Assembly: GCA_963693365.1 (NCBI GenBank)
Contig: CAVNZM010000002.1
Location: 16,463,615-16,527,614 of the forward strand
DNA from: Amoebidium appalachense
Taxonomy: Eukaryota; Protista; Ichthyosporea
Direction: 5' to 3'
DNA: 64,000 nt
The notes under the pieces: generated by a model
The model's input: only the letters and a program-made list of their open reading frames with translations
What the model was told of the DNA's origin: nothing
The model's database searches: none
Made by a program: the position numbers and the translations under genes
Part shown: piece by piece, positions 1 to 37,247 of the stretch
Layout of the letters: each line of letters starts with the position of its first letter
How positions within the stretch are numbered: position 1 is the stretch's first letter

Positions 1-38
<38 letters not shown>

Positions 39-431
39 TCCGTGTGTGTGTGTGTGTGTGTGTGCGTGCATGCCTGTGGAAAATCGACATGGACATATGT
101 GGGAGGATGCATGTGAATATGTGAGTCAGTGGGGCAAGGGGGGCAAGGGGGGGGGGGGGGGGGGGGGGGAGATGGTACCCCACCATCTTGGGAAATGCTT
201 AACAATGTTGTGTACATGGAGAGTAACATATAAGGGCTGGAGGAGGAGGGTGGGAGGGAGATGTAAGGAAGCAACGTACGTGAATGTGTATTTGTGTATA
301 TTCGATTGTTTTTGTGTTCTTCCATACGCACGTGCACGCTCGTTATTGCGTGCCTGTGTGCGTGCACCTGTGTGTGTGTGTGTGTAAACACATGCGTGCA
401 TGTGTGCGTGTTTCAGAAGTTCGACACACAC

Positions 432-16866
<16,435 letters not shown>

Positions 16867-16879
16867 CTGCGGTAACCAC

Positions 16880-16975
16880 GAACACACAGCGACCCAGTGA
16901 GAACACAGCGACCCAGTGAGAACACAGCGGCCAATAAAACACAGTGACTCAGTGAGAATACAACGGCTTAGTGAG
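16880..16975. repeat. ~19-bp degenerate tandem repeat beside the acceptor of exon 16768-16866
   Basis: GAACACAGCGACCCAGTGA-like units, about 4-5 copies. Confidence 0.7.
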
Positions 16976-17215
16976 TCCCATGGAGAGCAGTATGTGGATG
17001 GACTAAAACGGAAAAATACAATGCGAGTACCTGCCAACACAGAAAACAAACAAAGAAGGGCGAACGGAAGGAATTCTTTTTCCTTTCCTTTCCTCCCTCT
17101 TCCCTACTACCCCTCTCTCGTATATGCCGTAAAGCAGTCCCTCACACACTTGGATGCACACATCCCCCCCCCCCCCCAAAAAAAAAAAAATAAAAATAAA
17201 AAAAAAAATCATGTT

Positions 17216-17279
<64 letters not shown>

Positions 17280-17651
17280 ACGCACACTAAATACATTCAA
17301 CGGGTATTTCTACAGCGACAAAGCTTTAGGGCAAGAAAAGGTAAGAAGCAAAAGGTACAGAGGTCAAGACGTGCGGGGCGGTGTGTGTGTGTGTGTTTCT
17401 GTGTGTGCCTGTGTGTGTGTGTGTGTGTTTGTGCCGTGCGTGCATGTGTGTGCGTGTGTGCGCGAGCGTGCGTGTCTGTGTGTGCATGTGTGTGTGTGTG
17501 CGTGTGTTGTTTTTTGTGTGTGTGGACCATATCCCTATTGGTTCGAAAGTGCCAGCAAGCCCTGCTAGCCCACTCGCATCTGTTGCATCACAACACAAAC
17601 AACTAACCAGCCCGTCATGCGCGCACACTCAAAAGGAGAGGGAGGGGGGTA

Positions 17652-17693
<42 letters not shown>

Positions 17694-17989
17694 GAGGGGG
17701 ATTTCTGAGAAAGGGAAGGAGGGAGGGGCGGAGGGCAGAGCCGGAAGGAGCAGAGGGAAGAAGGGAGGAGGCAGCAAGAGGGAGGGCGGGAGGGGAGGGA
17801 GGGGAGGAGAGGGACGGAGGAAGAGGGGGCGAAAAAGGGAAGGGTGGGTGGGTGGGTGGGTGGGAAGGAGACGAAAAAAGAGAGAAAGAGAATGAATAGA
17901 GAGGCAGAAAGAGAGAGAGGGAAAGAGGGGGAGGGGGGAGGGAGAGGGAGAGAGATAGGGGGGGGGGGGGGGGGGAAGGGGGGGGGGGG

Positions 17990-18230
17990 GAAGGAGGGAG
18001 GGAGGGAGGGAGGGAGGGAGGGAGGGAGGGAGGGAGGGAGGGAGGGAGGGAGGGAGGGTTGGGAGGGAGGGAGGGAGGGAGAGCGGGAGGGAGGGAGGGA
18101 AGAAGGGAGGGAGGGAGGGAGGGAGGGAGGGAGGGAGGGAGGGGGGGAGAAAGGGAGAGAGGGAGGGAGGGAGGGACGGGGGAGGGGGGAGGGAGGGAGG
18201 GAGGGAGGGAGGGAGGGAGGGAGGGAGAGA
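17990..18230. repeat. (GGGA)n purine tetranucleotide tract
   Basis: Long GGAG/GGGA run read directly from the sequence. Confidence 0.9.
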
Positions 18231-20453
18231 GGCATGCCTACTTGACTTCTATGCACGTGCACACACTTTACACATAATGCAAGTGTGTATAAGCATGCAT
18301 GTGGCTCCGGTCGTGCGCGTGTGCATAAGTGTGTTGGTGTGCCAGAGAATACAGGTATCCTTTCTTTGCACATGTCCGTGTGGGCACAATTGCATCCACT
18401 TTTGCTGAGTGCATAAATCAGAGCATTAACGAGAGCCAGGGAAAAGACTCTTCGGAGCGAAAGTATCACAAAGTGTGAAAAGGAAAGACGAAGGGCACTC
18501 CGATGACTGCAGCAAAAACAAAGAGATGGGTTGGTACGCAAAAACAAGAAAATGGTGTCGAGCAAAAGCAGCCGTGATTGGTAAGAAGACAACAGAAGTA
18601 AATTCCAGTGAAGGGTGCCCAAGCCCAAAAATGTCTATGTATTCACACGTACATTCTCTACATGCACGGGCTACCACATACACACAGGCATATACACATG
18701 ACCCAGCACAAACGTTTACACACATACTCGCGCTCATTCTCTCAACGGGGAGAGGGGACGGTGGGGGGGGGGGGGGGGGGGGGGGCGGGGGAACAAAGGG
18801 AGAAACAGAGGGTCTCTTAATAGCACCACGGTGGAGATGAGTGTAAGCTTGTGTAAGGCGTGCCAACGCAAGGCTGAGAGTAGGGGAGAAACGGCAGAGG
18901 AGTAGATCAATCAACGAGAAAGAGCGGCATTGTAGATGGGGGGGGCAAGGGGTAGAGTGGAAAGAAGACTGTGGACGTTGGGGGGGGGGGGGGAGGGGGA
19001 GAGGGCGGAGGAGGAGTTGGGGGGGGGGGGGGGAGGGGGGGGAGGGGGGGGGGGGGAGGGGACCACCTATGAGTCAGTTGAAGGGGGAGAGGGGGGGATG
19101 TGTGTGAGAGAGAAAGAGTGTGTGTGTGTGTATGTGTGTGTGTGCAAGAGAGATAGAGAGAGAGGGAGAGAAGGAGACAGGGGAGGGGGGGGGGGGGGGG
19201 GGGGAGGGGAGGAAGGGGGGGCAGGAGGCAGGTAACTCTATCTGCTGAAACTTCGTAAACTTTGTGATGCTTACCTTCACCTCTTAGCGCCAAGGAAGGT
19301 GAGATCCGTGTCTCAGCTCCGCAAAATCATGGTCAGGTTCTGCCCCAATTCTATGTGTCCAGACCAGAGAGCCGCTGTTTGGCTGGGCTGTTCACCTATT
19401 TGGTTGTGTAGGAGCTCTAGAACAGAACACGCAAAAGTATCTCTTTTTCAAACAGGTTTAAACAGGTTTGAAATCTAAAGGACTGCCGAAGAAGAATAAA
19501 CTTCTTTGATGCGGAATTCCGAGGTGCTTGACGGGGGAAAGTGTTTGGTGTATGTGTTTGGTCTTTTTTGACATGAAAAAACCAGAGAACCCTAAGTCTC
19601 ACTACAAAAGCTAGACGCCTGTCCTGAAGCTACTGTTGGCTTACTAACTGCCGTGTAACTGGAACGTGAAAGATGAAGGAATGTTTGCAATAAGAATAAG
19701 CAAAAACGCGAGCTTAGAGTCTGTTCTTCACTGCTGCTTCCTCCTCCCTCAGCTGCAGTCAGCTTTCAAAAAGTGGCACGGCCAGTGCTTCACTCTTGCT
19801 TTTTTAAGTTAACGAACTCATGAGATCACGGCCCCAATAGTTCAAACATTCAGTCTGATGACAGGCTATATTTCAGCTTTATAAGTTAGCGCAGCGCCGC
19901 TTGAATAGTTCACTAAAAAGGGGGGCTGCTGGCTGTCTGCGGCCCAGCTCTGCAGGCCCGGATCAACGATGCCACAAGTTCTGTACATTCTTAGTAAAAG
20001 GAGGCCTTGCATTTGACTCAATACAGTCTTGGAAATCTTTAATAACAGCCTAAATCATTCTCAGTAGTCCGTTCTCGCCCAATACATGCATGGTTCACCG
20101 AAACTTGCTCCCTCTCTGGTAATCAGCCGCTTCCTCACCCTCTTCCCCTCCGAGCCTCTTTCCCCCCCCCCCCCTCCCCTCCCCCCCCCCCCCCCACCCT
20201 GAAACCTCCCCTCCCCTCCCCCCCCCCCCTCCCCCCCCTTCCCCCCCTCCCCGGGGCTTGCTCACAGCCTCCACGTTCCGTTCGCCACGAGTGCAACGGG
20301 AATGACAATGTGTAGCCACATTGCTGGCTTCTTCGTGCATTGCATGTTATGTGGAATTTGATTTTTAAACCTGATCATGTTCCCGGGCAAAAAGGGCTGT
20401 TGTGTCCTCTTGCTTTTGCTATAGCGGCATGCGTGCTGGCGAAGATCGATGAG

Positions 20454-20659
20454 CATCACACAACGCCAGGCGGCTTTTGTGCCCATCATGCAACACCAGA
20501 GCCTGTGTGCGTTTTTCACAACACTGAAGCTTTGTGTGCATCTTCTACAACACTAAGCTTGTGTACATCAGCATGCAATCATGTTATCAGAGCTTGTGTG
20601 CACCACACAACACCAGAGCTTGTGTGGACTTAATACAAAATTAGAGCTTGTGTGCATCA
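20454..20659. repeat. Degenerate ~27-30 bp minisatellite (~7 copies) with internal CACAA/TTGTG dyad
   Basis: Consensus about CACAACACCAGAGCTTGTGTGCATCA, head to tail, ~320 bp upstream of the tRNA. Confidence 0.75.
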
Positions 20660-20979
20660 ATGAGGGCGCAGTAGCTATATAGTGAACTCTCTCAGCTGCT
20701 CACAGCTTTCCGGATCGTCGCGTACGTCTGCATGACTCAGTAAACTTGAACTGTGAATCCTGTTTTTTTTTGTGCTGAGTGCAGGCAGACAATATTCTTC
20801 GACAATCACCGTTAAGGAACTCTTAAAAAACTGAAAATTCTGCAATACAACAAAAACAATGCATCAGCCGAGTAGCCTTCATGGGTACTGACCTGTTTGC
20901 TGACTGTCCAACGAGTCAAGATAACGCCCTGTGCTTGTACCAAACAAATTAACCCGAACCGGCTTATTCGTAGTATCAA

Positions 20980-21051
20980 TCTTCGGTAGTATAGTGGTTA
21001 GTATCTCCGCCTGTCACGCGGAAGACCCGGGTTCGATTCCCGGCCGGAGAG
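20980..21051 (+). tRNA. tRNA-Asp (GUC)
   Basis: TCTTCGGTAGTATAGTGGTTAGTATCTCCGCCTGTCACGCGGAAGACCCGGGTTCGATTCCCGGCCGGAGAG, 72 nt. Acceptor stem TCTTCGG/CCGGAGA, anticodon arm CCGC-CTGTCAC-GCGG, T-loop GGTTCGATTCC. No encoded CCA, no intron. Confidence 0.97.
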
Positions 21052-21054
21052 TTC

Positions 21055-21062
21055 TTTTTTTT
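21055..21062 (+). terminator. RNA polymerase III oligo-T terminator
   Basis: T8 run 3 nt after the tRNA discriminator base. Confidence 0.85.
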
Positions 21063-21435
21063 CTTTGCCCACTCTTTGTTTTTCTTTTTCCTAAAACTCC
21101 TGCCGGCTGACTGCCTTTGCTTCTCTGCTAAACCATAACGTTGCTATGATACCTGAATTCTTTTTTTCAAGGTCAATGTTTGGCCCTACAATTGCGGCTC
21201 TTTGTTTTTGGGACAGTACGGTACTGGAAAGTGGATATGATCCCGGAAATTCTCCTCCGCCCCTCCCCCCCCCCCCCCCCCTCCCCCCTTCCCCCCCCCT
21301 CCCTCCCCTCCCCCCAATCTCCCCCCAATCTCCCCCCCTCCACCCACCCACACTCCCACACACCCAATTATTCGAAACGGTCTTCCATTGGATTTGGCCT
21401 TGGAAAAACATTTTGTGCTCTGTGTGTGTTGGTGT

Positions 21436-21468
<33 letters not shown>

Positions 21469-22070
21469 GGAAGGACATCGTGGACATAATACCCCTACCC
21501 CCTTCTTCTCTTTTTATCCTGCATTTTTCAGGAGTTTTCTACCCACCCCCACCCACCCCCTCCACGAGAACCGTCAGCCAATTGGACGGCGGTATTGGGG
21601 GGAGGGGGGGATGGGGGGGGGCGTTGGTTTGGGGGGGCGAGGGGGGGAGGGAGAAGGGGGGGGGGGGGGGGGGGGGGGGGGGGGAGGGGAGGGGGGGGGG
21701 GGGGACACAAAACGCCGACAGAGCACAAAATGTTTTTCCGAGGTCAAATCAACTGGGATTCCGGTCCAAAGAAGCGCACGGGTGGGTGGGTGGGTGTGTG
21801 GGGGGAGGGGGGGGGGGGGGGGGGGGGGGGGGAGGGAGGGGGGGGGGGGGCCGGAGGTGGGGGGGAGAGATTGCCCGAAATGTGTTGTTGTGTAGTTTGA
21901 CATTCTTATCTATTAGGGACATCGGCGGACCTTCACTTTAAATTTTTGTATGGAGCACTTAATCCGCTGCAGAAGGGTGCCAACACTTCCAGCAATGGTA
22001 TTCTGGTAGGCAGTCATGGAAACCTAAGCTTAAGGGATAGGTGGGTGTCGAGCCTCGGGAGGTCGGAGGT

Positions 22071-22103
<33 letters not shown>

Positions 22104-24089
22104 GGGGGAGGAGGAGGGGGGATGGGGGGGGCAGGAAGAAGGGACCCACCTGTTCGGACGGATGGGGACTGAATCCCCCTTTTTCCTCTCCCCCAACCTC
22201 CCGTCCGCTATGATCCCTCGCCGAGTCTTCGTAGTGGTAGTGCCTCCTCACCTCCCCCCCCCCCCCCCCTCCCTCTCCCTCCCCCCCCCCCCCAAAAAAA
22301 AAAAAAAAAAAAAAAAACATCACCGTGACTCCTGCCCATCCCACACACAGCTAACCGGAATGGTCCCTCTCCCAGCTAACTGGAGTAGTGGTGGTCCTCC
22401 CCCCTCCTCTCCCCCCCCCCCCCCCCTCCCCCCCCCCCCACATCCCAATTCCACCCCCATCCTCCCCCCGCCCCTCCCCCCTTCCCCCCCCCCCCCCCCC
22501 CAAAAAAAAAAAAAAAAAGAAAATGCATTCTCAGACCTCCACAGAAGTCCCTTCCCCTTGTCAAAAAGTACGTACCGTGTGTCAGAACGCAACCGTCTCA
22601 GTACAAAAATGCACGCACAAGCTGTGCCAAAAAGGTTGAATGCAAACATCCAATGCTGAAAAAAAGGTTGGTGGGTGATGCCTTGCGCAAGGGCTTTGAT
22701 AGTATCAGAGAGTTATAATATGTGCCCCATGGCAACTTTCCGGCGGCGGCAGGAAGGGTGGGGGGGGGGGGGGAGGGGGGGTTCAAGGCTCTTCCAGGGC
22801 CCAGGTGTGGATGGTTTATGCATGGTGGTGCCACGTTCCGTATCGGCCGGGTAAGGGAGTTGACTAAGAACCACATGTGCAGCCACTAAGATTCCTTCTG
22901 TATTAGTGATTGGTGCATGTAGCACGGGCATTATCCAGCAGCCGGAAAGGAAAATACCCCGGCGGGAGGGGAGGGGGGGGGGGGGGGGGGGGAGGCTGAA
23001 TTTGGGAAGCACAAGGGACGAAGTTGCGGGGCCAAGGAAGATGGGTTGAACGTTTGGTGGTGGTGGGGGGGGGGGGGGGAGGGTGGGGGTTAGAGGGAAA
23101 GAGTCGCGCAAGGGAACAGGAGCATCTGATTCACATTGCAGTAAAACTTCCTCAAGAGTAGAAATGTTAACAAGTCAATGCAATGCTGACATTATGCGCT
23201 TGAGTTAATCTTAAGGTTGTAAAATAGGGCGGTAATGCAACGGAAGGTACCGCAACGAATTTGAATCATTGAAGTTTCTTCGATTAATGATACCCCAGAT
23301 TCCCTCTCAGTGACAGCCCCCCCCCTCCCCCCCCCCCCTCCCCCCATCCCTTCCCCCTTCCCTACCCTCCCCTTCTGTCCCCGCCACCCCCCCCCCTCCC
23401 CTCCCCCCGGTCGTCCCCTCCTCCGCCCCACGTCCCCCTCCTCCCCTCCCCACCCACCCACCCACCCGCCTCTTCTCGTCCCTGGGGTTTCCCTTGTAAC
23501 AATTCGTTCTTGTATGGGTCTGCTCCTACGGCTCCAAAGTATAAAAACCTCAACCGGTTGTGTGGAGGCTCTTGAAATCAGATATTTGTGGACAGTCCAA
23601 CACCTTACAAACTAGAAAGCCTTATAATTTTGTTACCAAGTGTCAACCGTTTGGGGAGGGGGGGATGGAGGGGGGGGGGGGGGGGGGGTTGGGAAGGGCG
23701 GGGGCGCGGGGGAGGGGGAAGGGAGGAGGGGAAGGGGAGGGGGGAGGGGGGTAAGGGTATCCTCTCTGAAAAGGTTGTGGAGGCCGGAAGCCTCGAAAGT
23801 CGTGCATGTTTTTTTGGGGGGGGGGAGGGGGGGGGGAAGGGAGGGGGGACAAGAACACAAGGGGGGAGGGGGAGGGGGGATGAGGTGGTGGTGGTGGGGG
23901 GGGGGGGGGGGGGGGGGGGGGGGAGGGGGGGTAGAGACTCGGTTGGAGACTGTGACTGGAGCTGCTGAGGGTTTATACGTGGAGGCTCATAGAGGAGGCT
24001 CATAGGGCCTCAGAAAACCAATCAAAAAGGCTTGGGTAGCAGGAAACCAATCAAAATTGGGTGACAGCCATGTCCAGACCGCCAGGAGG

Positions 24090-24127
<38 letters not shown>

Positions 24128-24627
24128 GGGGGGATCACGATTGGTGAAAGGATGGGCCAGGTCCCGTCGGGTGGGTCAGTAGGCGGGTGTGGGGAGACCT
24201 TTACTGAATTACAATCACCACGGTAGCTGGGCATACGTATGCGTGGTCTGTGTTGCAGCATAACGTCTAACCCCCCCCCCCCCACACACACACACACACA
24301 CACACAAAAATAGAAAAGAAATAGAAAAGAGAAAGAAAAAGATAAAAAAGAAAAGAAAATGAAGTTACAAAAAGGAAAACTTCTTTGTACCGGCCGTCCC
24401 CCCCCCACCTCCCCCCCCTCTCCCCCCCCCCCCCCCCCCCAAAAAAAAAAAAAAAAAATCCCCCGGCCCCCACCCACTTCCCCTCACCAAATAACCTATT
24501 CCCTCTCTCCCTCACCCCACGCCCTAGCACCCACCCCAGTCGCATACATCTAGCCCCCCCTCGCCCCATTATAAGTTCTCAATCATTTGTTCTTGGATTC
24601 TTAGCCATTTTTCTGTATAACTGGTTC

Positions 24628-24697
<70 letters not shown>

Positions 24698-24752
24698 GGG
24701 AAGGAAAGGGGGGGGGGGGGGGGGGGGGGGTAGCATAGTGTTTCATCCAAAC

Positions 24753-31783
<7,031 letters not shown>

Positions 31784-32507
31784 TGTTCCGTTTGTAAGGC
31801 TGGCACGTGAATAAAAAGGTGGTTGCTCTATAAGCCGAAACTTTAACTACTGTGGTTGCTATATAGATTTATCCCGCCACATAGCTTGCATTCAATATGC
31901 CATTACGGTAGACTTGTTAATTAGAACAAAGAGCACACATCCAGAAGGATGCTCAACCTGGATCCCAGGTTACTGAGCTGTTGTGCTTGTTGAATGCGAT
32001 TTCAAAAAATTAACGAGCAGAAAGCGCTCAAATTTCTACAACCAGTATTTATCTAGCTAACCCATAAGGCATGATAAACTATATATTATTATATAACCGT
32101 CCTTCGCCGCATGAGTCCTCTCCGGCCACACTTGAAAACGTCAAACCGTAAAAAGTGTGATGCTCTCGCAGCCGGCAACGGGCACTAAATCGTGCTCATG
32201 TGAATGGATTATCGCAGTTATAAAGGTGTATGCTGATAGGATAAAAAAAGCGCTACTCAGCTGTTAGCTAGCAAACAAATCATAACGTCTAAATAATTTG
32301 TACTGGTTTAGCGCGACTCCAAGGATCATGCACCCATCATACCCTCCAGAATTCAAACTTGGATCGGAAACTTGAAAGCATTTTCCGATTTGGCATACTC
32401 TCGGTAGAATCACCCTATACTGTAATGTATATGCGCCGTATAGGCGGATCCCCCTTGACCACGTACTATCACATAGCAGCTGATACCGAGTGTCCCGAGG
32501 GGAGCCC

Positions 32508-32545
<38 letters not shown>

Positions 32546-33145
32546 GGGGAACCCCAACTAATTGATTTCTCCTTGTAGTCTTTATGGTGTCTCGTAGAGA
32601 AAGTAAACCCTGATATATAGTCACCACCCGACATCTATGTACGTGATCATGATATACCGCTGAGGGGATATTCCGAGCAAAAACCCCCCCCCCATACCTG
32701 AGACTGGTTCTCTTTGCCTCGAGTAAACAGCGTAAACCCTATCACATATACATCTGATCGACTATGTATGTGTACACCTGCCGGCTTTCTGTTTGCGTCT
32801 CTGTTATTCGCCATAATCAGCCATAATTACAGCAAGTTAGCGAAGTTTTTTAACACATATTGTTACATTTAACCAACATAAAGCCTCCTCATACGTTTAC
32901 CAAACTACCCCCGCTACGCACACATCATGCATATGTAGCTAGCGTATATGTAGCCTACTAGAGGTCAGCCGCGGCTCAAGAAATTGTTCCAAGTCCTTTT
33001 TTCATGAAATTTAATTTTTTTTAATGCATAATGTCTTTGCCGTCGACGCAACTAGCGCTAGCCCGCAATGTTCTATAGTAGACTTGTAGAGTTATAGCAG
33101 TTATTGTCCGTTTCTCTTCGGAAAGCATAATACTAGGAACCCAAC

Positions 33146-33480
33146 ATGGATATCCTTGATGTAAACTTGGCAGAAGACCAGCTTGACCGTGGCATACAGG
33201 TGAGGTTTTGTGGAAATAGCTGGGGCATACAGTTGTATGCATGTCACCGATGTACCCATTCTTCACAGTATCACTCTAAGCAACAAGTGTTTTCTTCCTC
33301 CTGCAGAATACACACTATTGCGACGTGAAACTGTTGACTAAGAACACGCGCGGGTTTGTAAAGGCTACATATATAACTAGCGACACAACACACCCACACC
33401 CGCACACCCGCACACACTCGCCAACACAGACACACACACACACACACACACGTTGCAGCACACACACACACACACGTTGC

Positions 33481-33539
<59 letters not shown>

Positions 33540-33558
33540 ACGCACACGCACACGCACA

Positions 33559-33613
<55 letters not shown>

Positions 33614-34467
33614 ACGCACACAAACACACACACAAACACACACACACGCACATGTATGTCCAGACGTTTAGCACTTGTGCTGAAATTACATCTCGGGCAG
33701 AAACAGGCACACCCACAAACACACAAACCACAAAAGGTCGGTTGCAAGCAGGGATCGTACAGCACCATAGGCATGCGTGTCCTCCAGAACACAACAGACT
33801 TATGTTCGTTTTTGATCACCGAGACTGAAATGCACACTTTGATGTGTTTGCTATTCATGTTCCAGGCACAACTGTGTACTCTGTCTCATCATTCACTCAG
33901 GGGCGCTGTTTTCTGTGTCCACCTTAACAGGCCTGGCGGGCTGCTTTAAGACCGAACCGGGAAGGCAAGTTTGAGGAGATGAAAGGGTTGGACCATTATC
34001 GGGATGAGGGAGGACAAGTCGTGCACGGAGGAGGGTGCACGATCCTTTTTGGCCCAGTTTGCTTCTCGCCCTAAGGGAGTGGCTTTCAACACCTCCGTTT
34101 ATTCCGACTTCGGTAGCCCCTCCTGTGCACGATATCTCAGGAGATTCTGAAATACTCTCGGTTGCCGATTCTGAAAAACTCTCGGTTGCCGATTCCCTGG
34201 ATGTGGCGGTTGAGGATGGCGCTGCTTCATATCATGGTAAGTCTTCTGCCCCTGTCTTCCTGCTCCATACCACATGTGGCCTTATTGCCAATACCAAACA
34301 CCCTCTTTGCCCATGTTGGTGAATCCCTCACAAGAACCCTTTCCATGGCTCTCCCTCCCTCCGTCTCCCCCTCCCCCCCCCCCCCCCCCCCCCTCCGTGC
34401 CACACAAACACGCACACACAATTATACTCGCATACACCCTCTCTCCCTCTTCCTCTCCCTCTCCCAT

Positions 34468-34512
<45 letters not shown>

Positions 34513-37203
34513 CCCCCCCCCCCCCCCCCCCCCCCCCTGTCCCTCATTCTCTCACTCTTTTGTTGGTTTTTTTTTTCTTTTTTTCAGGGGTATGTGTTTG
34601 GTTTGTTTGTGTGTGTGTGTGCGTTTGTGTGTTTGGGGGGGGGGGGGGGGGGGGGGGGGTTCACATTATTTATGGGGTTACATGGGGCGCCACATGAGTG
34701 TGTAACGACCTGAAAGAGCTGTACGTGGTTGGGCACACCGGCTCGATTTGTCATACATCAACCATTCAAAGCTTCTTGGATCTCTATGCCCCTTTCCAGG
34801 TCTTTGTGTGCAACTGATTTTCGTTGGCACATTGTGTGTGTGCATGTGAATGTGTTTGAATGTGTGTATGTGTGTTTGTAGCGGTGAGTGTGCGTGTGTG
34901 TGTGTGTATGTGCGTGCGTGTCATGGTTGCGTGTGCCCATCTGCGCAACACAATGTATTTTCATGTTGCGTACCACGAAGATTTGGATGTTACAGTAACA
35001 CCGTGGCAAGTTACCAACAGTAAATAATGTGAGTGGGGGGGTATCATGAGGGGATCAGGTGTCTGATGTGAGTTGAATGGGGGTAGGGGGCCTGATATGT
35101 CGTCTGTTGGGGGGTGGGGTCTGATGTGGTTTGTCATGAACGATGTGGAGTTGAAAGGGGGGGGGGGGGGGATTGAGAGACTTGATGGGGGGTGGGGGGT
35201 CTGATGAAGGGTCTGATGGTGGGGGAGGGGGGGGGGTCTGATAGGGATCGAATGGGGGTGGGGAGGCTAATAAGGGGTCTGAGAGGGGGGGGGGGGGGGG
35301 GGGTCTGATGAGGTGTCTGATATGCCATTGGGGTCGCCGGGTGGTGAGGCTGATCATGATGAGGGGTCTGATGGGGGGGGGGGGGGGGGGGGTGGGGGGG
35401 GGGGGGGGGGGGGGGGGTCTGACGAGGGGTCTGTCGAGGGGTCTGATGGGGTGTCTGATAGGGGTCGGAAAGGGGCGGGGAAGCTAATAAGGGGTCTGAG
35501 GGGGGGGGGGGGAGGGGGTCTGATGAGGGGTCTGATGAGGTGTCTGATATGCCATTGGGGTCGCTGGGTGGTGAGGCTGGTCATGATGAGGGGTCTGATG
35601 GGGTGGGGGGGGGGGGGGGGGGGGGGGGGGTCCTCATTCACATGTATTGATGGTGGTGAAACAAGGATGTATGTGTGTGTGTGGGGGGGGGGTGAGGGGG
35701 GGGGGAGGGGGGGGGTCTGATGAGGGGTCTGATGAGGTGTCTGATATGCCATTGGGGTCGCCGGGTGGTGAGGCTGGTCATGATGAGGGGTCTGATGGGG
35801 TGGGGGGGGGGGGGGGGGGGGGGTCTGACGAGGGGTCTGATGGGGTGTCTGATAGGGGTCGGATAGGGGTGGGGAGGCTAATAAGGGGTCTGAGGGGGGG
35901 GGGGGGGGGGGGGGGGCTGATGAGGGGTCTGATGAGGTGTCTGATATGCCATTGGGGTCGCCGGGTGGTGAGGCTGGTCATGATGAGGGGTCTGATGGGG
36001 TGGGGGGGGGGGGGGGGGGGGGGGGTCTGACGAGGGGTCTGATGGGGTGTCTGATAGGGGTCGGATAGGGGTGGGGAGGCTTATAAGGGGTATGAGGGGG
36101 GGGGGGGGGGGGGGTCTGATGAGGGGTCTGATGAGGTGTCTGATATGCCATTGGGGTCGCTGGGTGGTGAGGCTGGTCATGATGAGGGGTCTGATGGGGT
36201 GGGGGGTGGGGGGGGGGGGGTCTGACGAGGGGTCTGATTGGGTGTCTGATAGAGGTCGGATAGGGGTGGGGAGGCTAATAAGGGGTCTGATGAGGGGTCT
36301 GATGAGGTGTCTGATATGCCTGCCATTGGGGTCGCCGGGTGGTGAGGCTGGTCATGATGAGGGGTCTGATGGGGTGGAGGGGGAAGGGGGAGGGGGGGGG
36401 GGGGGGGGGGGGTCTGACGAGGGGTCTGATGGGGTGTCTGATATGCCATTGGGGTCGCCGGGTGGTGAGGCTAGTCATGATGAGGGGTCTGATGGGGTGG
36501 GGGGGGGGGGGGGGGGGGTCTGACGAGGGGTCTGATGGGGTGTCTGATAGGGGTCGGATAGGGGTGGGGAGGCTAATAAGGGGTCTGAGGGGGGGGGGGG
36601 GGAGGGGGGAGGGGGGGGGGTCTGATGAGGGGTCTGATGAGGTGTCTGATATGCCATGGGGGTCGCCGGGTGGTGAGGCTGGTCATGATGAGGGGTCTGA
36701 TGGGGTGAGGGGGGGGGGGGGGGGGGGGGTCTGACGAGGGGTCTGATGGGGTGTCTGATAGGGGTCGGATAGGGGTGGGGAGGCTAATAAGGGGTATGAG
36801 GGGGGAGGGGGAGGGGGGGGGTCTGATGAGGGGTCTGATGAGGTGTCTGATATGCCATTGGGGTCGCCGGGTGGTGAGGCTGGTCATGATGAGGGGTCTG
36901 ATGGGGTGGAGGGGGAAGGGGGAGGGGGGGGGGGGGGGGGGGTCTGACGAGGGGTCTGATGGGGTGTCTGACAGGGGTCGGATGGGGCGGGGGGTCTAAT
37001 AAAAATGGGGGGGGGGGGGGGGGGGGGGGGGGGATGGGGGCGGGGATTCTGATAAGGGGTCTGATGAGGGGAGGGGAGGGCTGAGGAGGGGTCTGATGGG
37101 GTGGGGGGGGGGGGGGGGGGGGTGTTGACGAGGGGTCTGATGGGGTGTCTGATAGGGGGTCGGATGGGGAGAGGGGGTCTAATTGGTGGTCTGGTGTGTG
37201 TGT

Positions 37204-37247
<44 letters not shown>

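Noticed and set aside
20454-20659. CRISPR-like look of ~28-bp partly palindromic repeats
   Set aside because: Units are degenerate and head to tail with no unique spacers, no cas genes, eukaryotic context.
32509-32544. Poly-A run as a retroposon tail
   Set aside because: No target duplication, Pol III boxes or RT remnant identified, and long A/T runs are common in this window.
33926-34801. Alternative minus-strand gene model (...[19 protein letters not shown]...)
   Set aside because: An open frame exists but with weaker splice sites and no start. The plus strand has an ATG and stronger GTGAGG, GTAAGT and GTAAGA donors. Not fully excluded.
35055-37190. Repeat-spacer-like array and repeated ORFs ([15 protein letters not shown] / [16 protein letters not shown])
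   Set aside because: The intervening sequences are themselves repeats and G runs, and the frames break between units; it is a minisatellite.
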